Shown here: positions 1 through 10,073 of the stretch, in pieces
How the letters are laid out: the number at the start of each line of letters is the position of its first letter
Position numbering within the stretch: the stretch's first letter is position 1
Translations under genes and position numbers: made by a program
Notes under the pieces: model-generated
Seen by the model: the letters and a program-made list of their open reading frames with translations, nothing else
What the model was told of the DNA's origin: nothing
Database searches by the model: none
NCBI GenBank assembly: GCA_029262335.1
Contig: JAJCZQ010000039.1
Location: 2,138-66,137 of the forward strand
Source: Deltaproteobacteria bacterium
Lineage (GTDB): Bacteria; Desulfobacterota_D; UBA1144; Nemesobacterales; JAJCZQ01
DNA length: 64,000 bases
Direction: 5' to 3'

Positions 1-1446
1 TGTTTCAGAGTCATTATTTTCGGGGTTTATTTTCTCTGAAATTAACTCTGAAGTTTCAGGCATAAAAGGGTTGATGAGAATGTTTATTACTCTTATGCTT
101 TCTGCAAGCACCCATAAAACAGTTGAAAGCCTTTCTGTTTCCCCGTTTTTGGATAAAGTCCAGGGCTGCATGTCGTCAACATATTTGTTGACATCGCCAA
201 TAAATCCCCAAATCGATGTAAGTGCCTTGCTATATTCAATATTTTCAATCTCTTTTTCCACTTTTTCAGCTGTAAGAAGGGCATTTTTTTCAATTTCTTT
301 ATCAATTTCAAGAAAATCAGATGCTTCCGGGATTTTGCCATCAAAATATTTTTCAATCATACCCAGTGATCGGCTAACAAGATTGCCAAGGCCATTTGCA
401 AGTTCGCCGTTTATCCTGTTTATAAGTGAACCGTTTGAATAATCACCGTCCTGGCCAAATGGAATCTCTCTCATCAGAAAATACCTGAACACATCAACCC
501 CGTACTGCTCGGCTACCTGGTAAGGGTCGACAACGTTTCCAAGGGATTTTGACATTTTCTCACCTTCGACTGTCCACCAGCCGTGGGCAAATACTTTTTT
601 GGGCAGCGGCAGCCCTGCGGCCATTAAAAATGCAGGCCAGTAAACGGTATGAAACCTCAGTATGTCCTTACCCACTAGGTGCAGATCAGCAGGCCAGGTG
701 TTTTCATATTCGGCTATATTCTCCGGATAACCACAGGCTGTCAGGTAGTTTGTCAGTGCATCAAACCAGACATAAAGCACATGTTCCGGGTTATCAGGGA
801 CGGGGATACCCCACGAAAAAGTTGTACGACTTATACTAAGGTCCCTAAGGCCGCCTTCTACAAAACTGACGACTTCATTGAGCCTGTTTTTTGGGCTTAT
901 AAAATCGGGGTTTTCTTTATAAAACTCAAGGAGTTTGTCCTGGTACTCTGAAAGTTTAAAAAAATAGCTCTGCTCTTTTATCTTATCAATTCTTGGCCTT
1001 TTATCTTCAGGGAGTTTGTTTATCTCTTCAAGCTGGGTCTCTGTAATAAAGGATTCTTCCCTGACGTTGTACCAACCTTCATATTCACCGAGATATATAT
1101 CACCCTTATCGAGTATTTGCTTGTAGAGTTCATTGACAGTTGTTTTGTGTCTTGCTTCGGTGGTCCTTATAAAATCAGAGTTTGAAATGTTGAGTACTTT
1201 CCATAGTTCCTGGAACCTTACAACGACCCTGTCAGCAAGTTCTATAGGGGTTTCGCCGTTTTCAGCAGCCGTGTTTTCTATTTTCTGGCCGTGTTCATCA
1301 GTGCCTGTAAGGAAAAATACATCATTTCCTTTAAGCCTCTGGTACCTGGCCATGATATCAGCGGCAATTGTGGTATATGCATGCCCTATATGAGGCACAT
1401 CATTCACATAATATATCGGCGTTGTTATGTAGTATTTTTTGCTCAT
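1..1446 (-). CDS. metG: Methionyl-tRNA synthetase, N-terminal ~480 codons (C-terminus lies beyond the left window edge)
   Basis: My translation of the minus strand from the ATG at 1446 gives MSKKYYITTPIYYVNDVPHIGHAYTTIAADIMARYQRLKGNDVFFLTGTDEHGQKI (HIGH motif). In frame at about 525-572 it gives VEGEKMSKSLGNVVDP (KMSKS). The frame stays open to base 1, so the gene is missing from the ORF track. Plus-strand ORFs 71..1393 are shadows. Confidence 0.85.
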   Translation of the reverse strand, partial: MSKKYYITTPIYYVNDVPHIGHAYTTIAADIMARYQRLKGNDVFFLTGTDEHGQKIENTAAENGETPIELADRVVVRFQELWKVLNISNSDFIRTTEARHKTTVNELYKQILDKGDIYLGEYEGWYNVREESFITETQLEEINKLPEDKRPRIDKIKEQSYFFKLSEYQDKLLEFYKENPDFISPKNRLNEVVSFVEGGLRDLSISRTTFSWGIPVPDNPEHVLYVWFDALTNYLTACGYPENIAEYENTWPADLHLVGKDILRFHTVYWPAFLMAAGLPLPKKVFAHGWWTVEGEKMSKSLGNVVDPYQVAEQYGVDVFRYFLMREIPFGQDGDYSNGSLINRINGELANGLGNLVSRSLGMIEKYFDGKIPEASDFLEIDKEIEKNALLTAEKVEKEIENIEYSKALTSIWGFIGDVNKYVDDMQPWTLSKNGETERLSTVLWVLAESIRVINILINPFMPETSELISEKINPENNDSET

Positions 1447-1582
1447 AGATTAATTGCACTCTGAAAATATCGCTACTAAACTTAACGTAAATATTTACTT
1501 CGATTAATAATCCCGAATAAAACTATTCATCTCAATATTGAACCGAGAAAATTAACTGAAAATAAAAAAGAATACATAATAT

Positions 1583-2584
1583 TTATGCAGAAAGTTTTAT
1601 CATCAGGTCTTCAAAAGCCAGTTTTTTGTTGGCATTTAATACAGATATTCCATACCATGAAGATTCGAGTTGTTCCGGTTTTTTTAAAAGGCTGATAAGT
1701 GATTTTCCCGAAACATATTCGGAAATTTCCGTGTAATTACCTTCATTAATAATCTGGTTTTTATCAGTTTCTATTTTGACTAATATAAGATCACGGACCC
1801 AGTCCGATATTATCCCGAAAATATTATTTAAGTGTTCAGGGCCTTTATCTTTTGAATCCAGTTCAAGCATTTCGTAAAGAGAGAATATCTCTGATGGTCT
1901 GTCAGGCCTTATAGAGATGAGCTTTTCTGTTATTTTGTTTCTGAAATCTATATGGTCTTTGTCTATGTTCAGTGCTTTTCCAATGCTGCCGCGGCTTAAT
2001 TTGACGGCAGTAGCGATATTCTGATCATCTATTGAAGGGTTTTCCAGGAGCATGGATTGGATGTCTTCATTTTTAATGTTTGTAAAATTGATAATCTGGC
2101 ACCTGGACTTAATTGTTGGAATAATAAAATTCAGTGACTGCGTTAAAAGTATAATTATTGAATCTTTAGGTGGTTCTTCAAGGGTCTTTAAAAATGCATT
2201 CTGTGCATTGTTATTCATCCTTTCTGCATCATCTAAGATAAAAATTTTATAACGGCTTTCAAAGGGGCTTAGGAATACTTTTTCTTCGAGGTCCGAACGG
2301 ACCTGGTCAATCTTAATTGTTTTTTCACCCTCGTACTCAAAAAGCATAACATCAGGGTGTATCATTTTTTCGATTTTACTGCACGAACTGCAGCCACAGT
2401 CGTCGGGCCGGTTTTCTAACTCTGCATTGCAGTTTATCAGCTTGGCAAATTCAATTGCAAAGAGCTTTTTTCCTATTCCTGACGGCCCGGAAAATATATA
2501 GGAATGACTGAGCCTTCCTTCTTTTAAGGTGTTTAAAAGGATTTCTTTTGATGTGTCGTTTCCGATTAAGTTGTTAAATCCCAT
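1583..2584 (-). CDS. holB: DNA polymerase III subunit delta-prime
   Basis: 333 aa with clamp-loader motifs GPSGIGKK, CGCSSCSKI, FILDDAERMN, KTLEEPP and SRCQ. The gene order tmk-holB-metG is typical. Confidence 0.85.
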   Translation of the reverse strand: MGFNNLIGNDTSKEILLNTLKEGRLSHSYIFSGPSGIGKKLFAIEFAKLINCNAELENRPDDCGCSSCSKIEKMIHPDVMLFEYEGEKTIKIDQVRSDLEEKVFLSPFESRYKIFILDDAERMNNNAQNAFLKTLEEPPKDSIIILLTQSLNFIIPTIKSRCQIINFTNIKNEDIQSMLLENPSIDDQNIATAVKLSRGSIGKALNIDKDHIDFRNKITEKLISIRPDRPSEIFSLYEMLELDSKDKGPEHLNNIFGIISDWVRDLILVKIETDKNQIINEGNYTEISEYVSGKSLISLLKKPEQLESSWYGISVLNANKKLAFEDLMIKLSA

Positions 2585-2587
2585 GGC

Positions 2588-3199
2588 TTACAGAATGCTA
2601 TCCATTAATGATCTGATCTGTTTTTGTACATCATCTGCTTCATGAGAAGCGTTAATAATTTTGATTCTGTTCGTATTTAATGTAGCTTCGGAAATATACC
2701 CCTGTCTTATCAGTTCATGAAACTCCATGGGTTCTTCGTCCATCCTGTTTGTGGTTTCGTCCCTCAAGTCAAGCCTCCTGAGGCCTTCCCTGACAGGAAG
2801 ATTAAGAAGAAATGTAACATCCGGAACAAGGTCTAGTGTGGAAGCTTCGGCAAGTTTCTTTACTGTATAAAGATCAAGCTGCCTGCCGTAGCCCTGGTAA
2901 ACTATTGTCGAGTCAAAATATCTGTCGCATATCACTACTTCCCCGTTTTCGAGCCTTGGGGTGATAAAATCTTTTACATGCTGGACCCTGTCGGCACAAA
3001 AAAGGTAGAGCTCGGTCAGGGGGTGGATATCAAGTTCTTTTTCTTCAAGGATTATGTGGCGTATAAGTTTCCCCATAGTCCCCCAGCCAGGCTCTCTTGT
3101 TAAAGAGACATTGTGACCCCTGGACTCAAGGTATTCCTTTAGCAGTTTACACTGCGTTGATTTGCCGCTGCCCTCAATACCTTCAAATGTTATAAACAA
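2588..3199 (-). CDS. tmk: Thymidylate kinase
   Basis: 203 aa with P-loop MFITFEGIEGSGKSTQ and a DRY-type motif (CDRYFDST). Confidence 0.9.
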   Translation of the reverse strand: MFITFEGIEGSGKSTQCKLLKEYLESRGHNVSLTREPGWGTMGKLIRHIILEEKELDIHPLTELYLFCADRVQHVKDFITPRLENGEVVICDRYFDSTIVYQGYGRQLDLYTVKKLAEASTLDLVPDVTFLLNLPVREGLRRLDLRDETTNRMDEEPMEFHELIRQGYISEATLNTNRIKIINASHEADDVQKQIRSLMDSIL

Positions 3200-3252
3200 T
3201 CTTATATCCCTTTAAAAATGTCTTTATTAATAATTTAAAATTAATTGTCCAT

Positions 3253-4002
3253 TCAAACAAGCCCTGTTTTCCTTTTTAACTTCGCAAGTTCCTGTACTGT
3301 CAGGTCTCTCCACTTTCCGGGATGAAGATTACCAAGCTGTAAATCTGCAATCATCGTTCTTTTAAGCCTTTCTACAGGGAATCCGTAATAATTCAGATAG
3401 TTTTTTACAAGGTGTTTCTGCCCTTCATGAAAGGTTATTACCACATTTGACTTGCCGCTTTTTAGGACAGAGGTTTTTACACTGTCCGGCCTTATAAACT
3501 CTCCGTCGAGCAATGCGCCGGATTTGATTTTCTTCATGGTTTTTTCATCTATTACGCCATTCACAATGGCGCTGTATGTTTTTTGTATCTCGTATCTCGG
3601 GTGATGTATCCTGTTTGCAAGTTCACCGTCATTAGTTAGAAAAAGAAGTCCCTCCGAGTCGTAATCCAGCCTTCCGACCGGGTAGATACGCTCATCAATA
3701 TCCTGAATAAAATCTGTAATTGTTGGTTTGTTGTCTTCATTATTAACCAGGGTAGTAAGAAAAAGGCGCGGTTTATGCAGAAGGACATACCTGTTGTTTT
3801 GAGCCTCAATAAGCCTGTTGTTTACTATTACCTTGTCGTTTCCCGGGTCTATTACTGTCCCAAGTTCTTTTATTACACGGCCATTTACCCTCACTTTTTT
3901 AGAAGAAATGAGTTCATCTGCTTTTCTCCTTGATGCAATGCCGCACATGGATAAATATTTGTTAAGTCTTACTTTCAAATTGCCCGCCTTTATTGAATCC
4001 AT
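3253..4002 (-). CDS. RsuA/RluB-family rRNA pseudouridine synthase
   Basis: S4 domain (VRLNKYLSMCGIASRRKADELI) plus catalytic GRLDYDSEGLL. I prefer the ATG at 4002 over the TTG at 4050 used by the track, but the start is uncertain. Confidence 0.8.
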   Translation of the reverse strand: MDSIKAGNLKVRLNKYLSMCGIASRRKADELISSKKVRVNGRVIKELGTVIDPGNDKVIVNNRLIEAQNNRYVLLHKPRLFLTTLVNNEDNKPTITDFIQDIDERIYPVGRLDYDSEGLLFLTNDGELANRIHHPRYEIQKTYSAIVNGVIDEKTMKKIKSGALLDGEFIRPDSVKTSVLKSGKSNVVITFHEGQKHLVKNYLNYYGFPVERLKRTMIADLQLGNLHPGKWRDLTVQELAKLKRKTGLV

Positions 4003-4157
4003 AAACTTTAATAATAATCTAATATTATTAAGATAACTATAGCTTGACAACTACCAGTGGTATATGACAAGATAGTTACTGGAAAAAAATATATTATATT
4101 GGTTATAAGGTTAAATTATTTAATAATTACAATTAATTACTTTGAGTTTGGACTATT

Positions 4158-5426
4158 ATGATACAAGATATTTTTAATGAATGGAATTCGGTTTTTGACC
4201 AGTCAAAGACCAATGTAATGTTTGACATGCTTGAGATGAACAGAAGCTCTGCTGTTAACCCATCTTCAAAGCTCTCCAAAATTATAGATAAATCACGTAA
4301 CGGTATACCTATCAGCAGGGAAGAAGCACTGTATCTTGTTACGCTTGATCTCGAAGAACTCCCCTATCTTCTTTTTGCCGCATCCGCAGTAAGGGATGAA
4401 GGTAAAGGCAATGAGCTTTCTTATTCAAAAAATATATTCGTACCACTTACAAGGCTTTGCAGAGACAGGTGTGCATACTGCACTTTTAAAATAGAACCTG
4501 GAGATGCCGAACTTTTTCTCACAGAGGAAGAAGTCCTCGACCTTGCCGAGAAAGGGGCAAACCTTGGCTGTACCGAACTTCTTTTTGTGCTTGGTGATAA
4601 GCCGGAACTCAAATACAAGGAATACAGGGACGCATTAAACGGTATCGGTTATAAAACAACTGCCGACTACCTTATAGATATTTGTAAGGTCAGCCTTAAT
4701 AAAAATATTTTTCCACATTCTAATCTTGGACTATCAACCCCTGAAGAGCTTTCAGCACTTAGGGAATCAAACCCCAGCATGGGGCTTATGCTTGAAAATA
4801 TTAGTGACAGGCTTCTTAAAAAAGGGCAGGCACATCACGGATGCGCTGATAAAGTGCCAAAACTCAGAATGCAGACTATGGAATATGCGGGAGAACTTCG
4901 CATCCCCTGGACGTCTGGGATTCTAGTTGGCATTGGCGAGACTTGGGAAGAAAGAATTGATTCCTTTTATGCTTTAAAAGACCTGAACACCGAATACGGA
5001 CATATCCAGGAAATCATTATTCAGAACTTCAGCCCCAAGGAAGGGATCGTGATGGAAAAATTTCCACCACCCACCTTCGTGGATATGCTGAAAACAGTTG
5101 CAATCTCAAGGCTTATATTCGGTAAAGATATGAACATACAGATCCCGCCTAATCTAAACTACAGCAGTTATTCGCTGTATTTACTGGCAGGTATTAATGA
5201 CCTGGGCGGCGTATCACCACTTACGATAGATTTTGTAAACCCCGAATGCCCATGGCCCCAGGTAAATTCCATGACAGATGAAGTTGAAAATCTCGGGTTT
5301 GAACTCAAAGAAAGACTCCCCGTATATCCCGAGTTTATTAATGATGAGTTTATTGACGGTAAAGTTTTGGATATTATTAGTAATCATGTTGATGAATCCG
5401 GTTTTGTTCCAAAGGAGAACAGTTAA
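4158..5426 (+). CDS. cofG: FO (7,8-didemethyl-8-hydroxy-5-deazariboflavin) synthase subunit CofG, radical SAM
   Basis: 422 aa. YSKNIFVPLTRLCRDRCAYCTF is the CofG / FbiC N-terminal-type CxxxCxxC context and lacks the NINxTN motif of CofH/MqnC/MqnE. The stop overlaps the next start (TAATG). Confidence 0.7.
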   Translation: MIQDIFNEWNSVFDQSKTNVMFDMLEMNRSSAVNPSSKLSKIIDKSRNGIPISREEALYLVTLDLEELPYLLFAASAVRDEGKGNELSYSKNIFVPLTRLCRDRCAYCTFKIEPGDAELFLTEEEVLDLAEKGANLGCTELLFVLGDKPELKYKEYRDALNGIGYKTTADYLIDICKVSLNKNIFPHSNLGLSTPEELSALRESNPSMGLMLENISDRLLKKGQAHHGCADKVPKLRMQTMEYAGELRIPWTSGILVGIGETWEERIDSFYALKDLNTEYGHIQEIIIQNFSPKEGIVMEKFPPPTFVDMLKTVAISRLIFGKDMNIQIPPNLNYSSYSLYLLAGINDLGGVSPLTIDFVNPECPWPQVNSMTDEVENLGFELKERLPVYPEFINDEFIDGKVLDIISNHVDESGFVPKENS

Positions 5427-6649
5427 TGGTAATTGAAGATATTAAAGATCTAATTCCGCTTATTGAGGAAAACCGTGCACTTGGTCTTGACGGTGCATTA
5501 TCAAAAATTAACGGCCAGACCGGAAATATTATTGAAAAATCCTTAACCGGCGGAGAGCTTACCATTAAAGAAGGGGAATACCTTTTTCATATCACTGATC
5601 CCCAGGAAATATCTTCCCTGGCACTTGCTGCCGACCACATCAGGAAAGAAGATGTAGGCGATACTGTAACTTATGTAGTAAACAGAAATATTAACTTTAC
5701 AAATATATGCAACGTCTACTGCGGTTTTTGTAATTTTATGGCCCCCGAAGGTGATGAAAGGGCATATTTTCTTACAATGGAAGAGATTGCAGAGCGCACC
5801 AAAGAAGCATGGGAAATAGGTGCTACAGAAGTTTGTATGCAGGGCGGAATGCACCCTGAAATTGACGGCAATTTTTATATAGACCTGATTAAAACTGTTA
5901 AAGAAGCAGTTCCCGAAATGCACACACATTCGTTCTCACCATATGAAGTCTGGTATGGAGCGGACACCCTTGGAATATCAGAAGAAGAATTTATTGAGAA
6001 ACTAAAAGACGTTGGGCACAACACATTTCCAGGTACAGCCGCTGAAGTGTTAGTTGAAGATGTAAGAAAAATTATTGCTCCGCGTAAAATTGCTACACAT
6101 ATCTGGATAAGAGTTGTAAAAAAAGCCCACCTTGCGGGTATCAGGACAACCTCTACAATTATGTACGGCCATCTTGATAAACCTCATCACTGGGCAATCC
6201 ACCTTGGGATATTAAGAGATATTCAGAAAGAGACAGGCGGTTTTACCGAGTTTGTCCCATTAAGGTTTATCCCGTGGAACACAAGGCTGTTTACTCATTC
6301 AAAAGGTAAAGTGCAAAAAGGGCCAACAGATATTGACCAGCTTAAGATGTACGCAGTATCAAGGATGATGCTGAGAGGCTGGATAAATAACATACAGGTA
6401 TCATGGGTAAAACAGGGGCCGGAATTTGCCCAGTTTTCACTTACTGCCGGGGCTAATGATTTTGGCGGAACACTTATGGAAGAGCAGATCTCAAGATTTG
6501 CAGGCGCAAGTTACGGGCAGTATTTCCCGCCTGAAGAGTTCAGAAGGCTTACACGTGAAATTGGTAGGATACCTGCTGAAAGAAGCACAACTTACAAGAT
6601 CCTCAGAGAGTTTGACGACAACGACGACGAGATCTCAAAAGCTTCCTGA
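5426..6649 (+). CDS. cofH: FO synthase subunit CofH, radical SAM
   Basis: 407 aa with VVNRNINFTNICNVYCGFCNF, which places it in the CofH/MqnC/MqnE clade. I call it CofH because it is translationally coupled to the CofG-type gene. Confidence 0.65.
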   Translation: MVIEDIKDLIPLIEENRALGLDGALSKINGQTGNIIEKSLTGGELTIKEGEYLFHITDPQEISSLALAADHIRKEDVGDTVTYVVNRNINFTNICNVYCGFCNFMAPEGDERAYFLTMEEIAERTKEAWEIGATEVCMQGGMHPEIDGNFYIDLIKTVKEAVPEMHTHSFSPYEVWYGADTLGISEEEFIEKLKDVGHNTFPGTAAEVLVEDVRKIIAPRKIATHIWIRVVKKAHLAGIRTTSTIMYGHLDKPHHWAIHLGILRDIQKETGGFTEFVPLRFIPWNTRLFTHSKGKVQKGPTDIDQLKMYAVSRMMLRGWINNIQVSWVKQGPEFAQFSLTAGANDFGGTLMEEQISRFAGASYGQYFPPEEFRRLTREIGRIPAERSTTYKILREFDDNDDEISKAS

Positions 6650-6687
6650 TTATTAAAGACCTTTTCAATTATATAAACTAATTTTGT

Positions 6688-8067
6688 ATGGCTTCTAAAA
6701 AATACAGGAATTCTTTGTTTATTTTCCGAAGGGATTTAAGGCTTGAAGACAATACGGCTTTGATTGAGGCCTGCAAACTGTCTGACAAAGTAATCCTATC
6801 ATTTTTTTTCTACAATGACCTTCTTGATCCCGGTTCTGATAAATTCCGTCCAAACCTCATTCAGTTTATGTATGAAAGCCTTATGGATCTTTCCGGTCAG
6901 TTGGAGAAAAACGGATCCAGGCTAAATGTCTTTTATGGAAAGTCCTTATTAAAAGAGTTTGAGGAAATAGTTAAAGAAAATGAGATAGATGCTGTATTTG
7001 TAAATGAGGACTATACACCTTACGGTAAAAGAAGAGACGCAGCGCTTAAAAATATCTGCCTTGAAAATAATATTGATTTTCATTCATGTTTTGATTACCT
7101 GCTTACAAGGCCGGGTGATGTATTAACCAAAGAAGATAAACCCTACAAAGTATTTACTCCTTTTTTTAAAGCTGCTTCTTTATTCAATATTTATAAACCT
7201 GCTAAAAACAACTATAAGAATTATAAATATTTAAAATCTTGCAATAAAGACCTGACCCCGTTAACCAGGTTGTTTGTGAATAATGAGTTTATAGCTCAAA
7301 AAGGGGGCAGGAAAGAAGCACATAAACGATTTAACGTTATAAAAAAACTCAATGATTATAAAGATATAAGAAACTTTCCTTATAAAGAAGGCACAACAGG
7401 CCTTTCTGCGCATATAAAGTTCGGGACAGTTTCGATAAGAGAGGTTTACTGGTCTGTACGAAAACAGCTTGGTAATGATAGTCAGCTAATAACTGAGCTG
7501 TTCTGGAGAGATTTTTATGCACATTTAGCTTATTTCTTTCCATATGTATTTGGGCATTCATTTAACCCAAAGTACGAGAAGATTGAATGGAGTCATAATA
7601 GACAAGAATATGATGCATGGTGCTCTGGAAACACGGGGTTCCCAATTGTGGATGCGGGTATGAGGCAGTTAAATACAACCGGGTGGATGCACAACAGGGT
7701 CAGGATGATAGTAGCTTCTTTCCTCACCAAAGACCTTCATATTGACTGGAGATGGGGAGAGCAGTATTTTGCATCAAAACTTGTTGATTATGATCCATGT
7801 TCGAATAACGGCGGATGGCAGTGGGCAGCTTCAACAGGGGCCGATGCTCAGCCATATTTCAGGATATTTAACCCCTGGAGACAGCAGGAGAGGTTTGATA
7901 AAGATGCGGAATATATAAAAAAATGGGTGCCGGAACTTAGCGGGTTATCTGCCTTAGAAATACATAACCCGGAAAAAGGTAGTTTATTTACATCAAATTA
8001 TCCTCTTCCGATAATTAATCATAAAATTGAAGCAGCAAAAGCAAAAGAGATATATAAAAAAATTTAA
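6688..8067 (+). CDS. phr: Deoxyribodipyrimidine photolyase (class I CPD photolyase/cryptochrome family)
   Basis: 459 aa with motifs FIFRRDLRLEDNTAL, TGLSAHIKFG, WRDFY, TGFPIVDAGMRQL, GWMHNRVRMIVASFL and NNGGWQW. Confidence 0.85.
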   Translation: MASKKYRNSLFIFRRDLRLEDNTALIEACKLSDKVILSFFFYNDLLDPGSDKFRPNLIQFMYESLMDLSGQLEKNGSRLNVFYGKSLLKEFEEIVKENEIDAVFVNEDYTPYGKRRDAALKNICLENNIDFHSCFDYLLTRPGDVLTKEDKPYKVFTPFFKAASLFNIYKPAKNNYKNYKYLKSCNKDLTPLTRLFVNNEFIAQKGGRKEAHKRFNVIKKLNDYKDIRNFPYKEGTTGLSAHIKFGTVSIREVYWSVRKQLGNDSQLITELFWRDFYAHLAYFFPYVFGHSFNPKYEKIEWSHNRQEYDAWCSGNTGFPIVDAGMRQLNTTGWMHNRVRMIVASFLTKDLHIDWRWGEQYFASKLVDYDPCSNNGGWQWAASTGADAQPYFRIFNPWRQQERFDKDAEYIKKWVPELSGLSALEIHNPEKGSLFTSNYPLPIINHKIEAAKAKEIYKKI

Positions 8068-8233
8068 AACTTATACATATTTTCTGAATCAAAATAATGG
8101 ATTAATCATCATTATGTATTAATCATAAATTAATATATAGTATTTAAGATAATCAGAAGTTTCATGATAATATTTATTTATATTTTAAATATAATATAAT
8201 ATCAAACAATTTAACTTTGATCGGAGGCAATAA

Positions 8234-9079
8234 ATGGCAGAATATTCAAATCCGGAAGTGCTTGTAAGTACTGACTGGGTAGCGGAACATATTGATGATC
8301 CAGGCATAGTAATAGTAGAATCGAACGAGGATATATTACTTTATGAAACCGGACATATACAGAATGCTGTAAAAGTGGACTGGCAGAATGAACTTCAGGA
8401 CCAGCTTGTAAGGGACTATGTAAATAAAGATGATTTTGAGAGATTAATGTCTGAAAAAGGCATATCAAATGACCATACGGTTGTATTTTACGGCGACAGG
8501 AGCAACTGGTGGGCATGTTATGCAATGTGGACATTTAATGTCCTCGGCCATGAAAAATGCCTTATTATGAACGGCGGAAGGCAGAAATGGGTTGACGAGG
8601 AAAGGCCTCTTACAAAAGATGTGGCAGAAAGGGCCAAAACTGAATATAAAGTTCCAGGTATAAATGAATCAATAAGGGCTTTCAGGGATGATGTTATAAC
8701 TCACCTTGAAGGTAATAACCCGTTAATTGATGTAAGGTCACCAAAAGAGTTCACAGGAGAACTTACTCATATGGAAGCTTATCCCCAGGAAGGATGCCTT
8801 CGTGGAGGCCACGTACCTACAGCTAAAAACGTACCGTGGGCAAGAGCAGCGAATGAAGACGGAACATTTAAATCCGCAGATGAGCTTGCTGCAATATACA
8901 AGGAAGAAGTAGGACTTAAAGACGGTGATGATGTGATTGCATACTGCAGAATAGGGGAAAGGTCTTCACATACATGGTTTGTCCTTTCATATCTTCTCGG
9001 ATTTCAGAATGTCAGGAACTATGATGGCTCATGGACCGAGTGGGGCAACCTTGTAAGAGCGCCAATAGAAAAACCATAA
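8234..9079 (+). CDS. Thiosulfate sulfurtransferase (tandem rhodanese domains)
   Basis: 281 aa with active-site loop [11 protein letters not shown] (CRxGxR type). Confidence 0.8.
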   Translation: MAEYSNPEVLVSTDWVAEHIDDPGIVIVESNEDILLYETGHIQNAVKVDWQNELQDQLVRDYVNKDDFERLMSEKGISNDHTVVFYGDRSNWWACYAMWTFNVLGHEKCLIMNGGRQKWVDEERPLTKDVAERAKTEYKVPGINESIRAFRDDVITHLEGNNPLIDVRSPKEFTGELTHMEAYPQEGCLRGGHVPTAKNVPWARAANEDGTFKSADELAAIYKEEVGLKDGDDVIAYCRIGERSSHTWFVLSYLLGFQNVRNYDGSWTEWGNLVRAPIEKP

Positions 9080-9105
9080 TATCTGATTATAAACTTAAAC
9101 AACTA

Positions 9106-9139
9106 AAGGATGTACAGCACTGCTGTGCATCCTTTTTTT
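9106..9139 (+). terminator. Intrinsic terminator after the sulfurtransferase gene
   Basis: Hairpin aaggatgtacagca-ctg-ctgtgcatcctt followed by a T7 run. Confidence 0.6.
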
Positions 9140-9177
9140 ATTTCTAACAACAAACTAAACAGTTAAAATTAAAAATT

Positions 9178-9603
9178 ATGAATAAGCTGGAAGAAATAAT
9201 TGATCAGTTCAAAGATGCGGATTTCCAGGAGACACTCGAACTACTGCTGGATTATGCAGAAGACCTACCGGGGATACCCGACCATTTTGAAGGCGAGCTA
9301 GAAAATGAAGCCAACAGGGTCCCTGAGTGTGAAACGCCCGTGTACCTGTTTGTAGACATCAATAACAATATAGTAAATATATTTGCAGATGTCCCTCCTG
9401 AATCACCTACGGTTAAGGGGCTGGTATCAATTCTTGTTACCGCTTTTGATGGTGTCAGCCCTGAAGAGGTTGATTCTGCTCCAATGGACCTGCTTTCTAA
9501 GCTGGGACTTGCCCAGAAACTTGGTACCAGGAGAATGTACGGACTGGGTGCGGTTTACAATCGAATAAGAAAAGAGGTTAAGAACAAAGCCATTTTACAG
9601 TAA
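9178..9603 (+). CDS. sufE: SufE-family sulfur acceptor protein
   Basis: 141 aa with the SufE-like layout and candidate persulfide cysteine in VPECETPVYLF. Confidence 0.7.
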   Translation: MNKLEEIIDQFKDADFQETLELLLDYAEDLPGIPDHFEGELENEANRVPECETPVYLFVDINNNIVNIFADVPPESPTVKGLVSILVTAFDGVSPEEVDSAPMDLLSKLGLAQKLGTRRMYGLGAVYNRIRKEVKNKAILQ

Positions 9604-9621
9604 ATATGGTTTTGTTGCTTA

Positions 9622-10029
9622 GTGAAAAATATGCTGCATGAAGAACTAATGGATATCATAATGGACCATTATGAAAACCCCAGAAATTCCGGGGAGATTA
9701 AAGATCCCGATGTAGAGTTTCACGGCGGTAATCCTGGCTGCGGGGATACAATTACACTTCAGATGAAGATAAGCAATGAGGGTATTGTCGAGGACATAAA
9801 GTTTGAAATAGAAGGCTGCATTGTGAGTAACGCTGGTACATCAATGATCTCTGAAAAAGTCATTAACAAACATATTGATGAAATAAAAAAGATTGGCCGT
9901 GATGAAATGAGAGAACTGCTGGGCAAAGATATTATTATAAGAAGGCCGCAGTGTTCACACCTTGGCATCGATACAATAAAATCTGCTATCAGGAAATACG
10001 AAAAAGAAAAATTAGCCTCAGAGATTTAA
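9622..10029 (+). CDS. IscU/SufU-type Fe-S cluster scaffold (NifU N-terminal domain)
   Basis: 135 aa with three ligand cysteines in the contexts GNPGCGDTITL, IEGCIVSNAGTS and RRPQCSHLG. GTG start. Confidence 0.7.
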   Translation: MKNMLHEELMDIIMDHYENPRNSGEIKDPDVEFHGGNPGCGDTITLQMKISNEGIVEDIKFEIEGCIVSNAGTSMISEKVINKHIDEIKKIGRDEMRELLGKDIIIRRPQCSHLGIDTIKSAIRKYEKEKLASEI

Positions 10030-10034
10030 TAAAA

Positions 10035-10056
10035 GGCCGAAAGTTTCCCTCCGGCC
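10035..10056 (-). terminator. Weak hairpin plus U-run downstream of comEA (minus-strand sense)
   Basis: ggccg-12 nt-cggcc, followed on the minus strand by TTTTATTA. The stem is only 5 bp. Confidence 0.35.
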
Positions 10057-10073
10057 GAATCCCGTAATAAGCT

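Noticed and set aside
71-1393. Plus-strand ORFs 71..442, 549..839, 679..951 and 1133..1393, and the minus-strand ORF 93..356
   Set aside because: They overlap the open minus-strand metG frame, which has HIGH and KMSKS motifs in frame. Their sequences are low-complexity or shadow-like.
4158-6649. The radical-SAM pair as MqnE/MqnC of the futalosine pathway, considered because mqnA and mqnD are in the same window
   Set aside because: The first protein has the CofG/FbiC-type PLTRLCRDRCAYCTF context rather than the NINxTNxC motif shared by MqnC/MqnE/CofH. The pair is coupled and directly precedes a photolyase. This still needs HMM confirmation.
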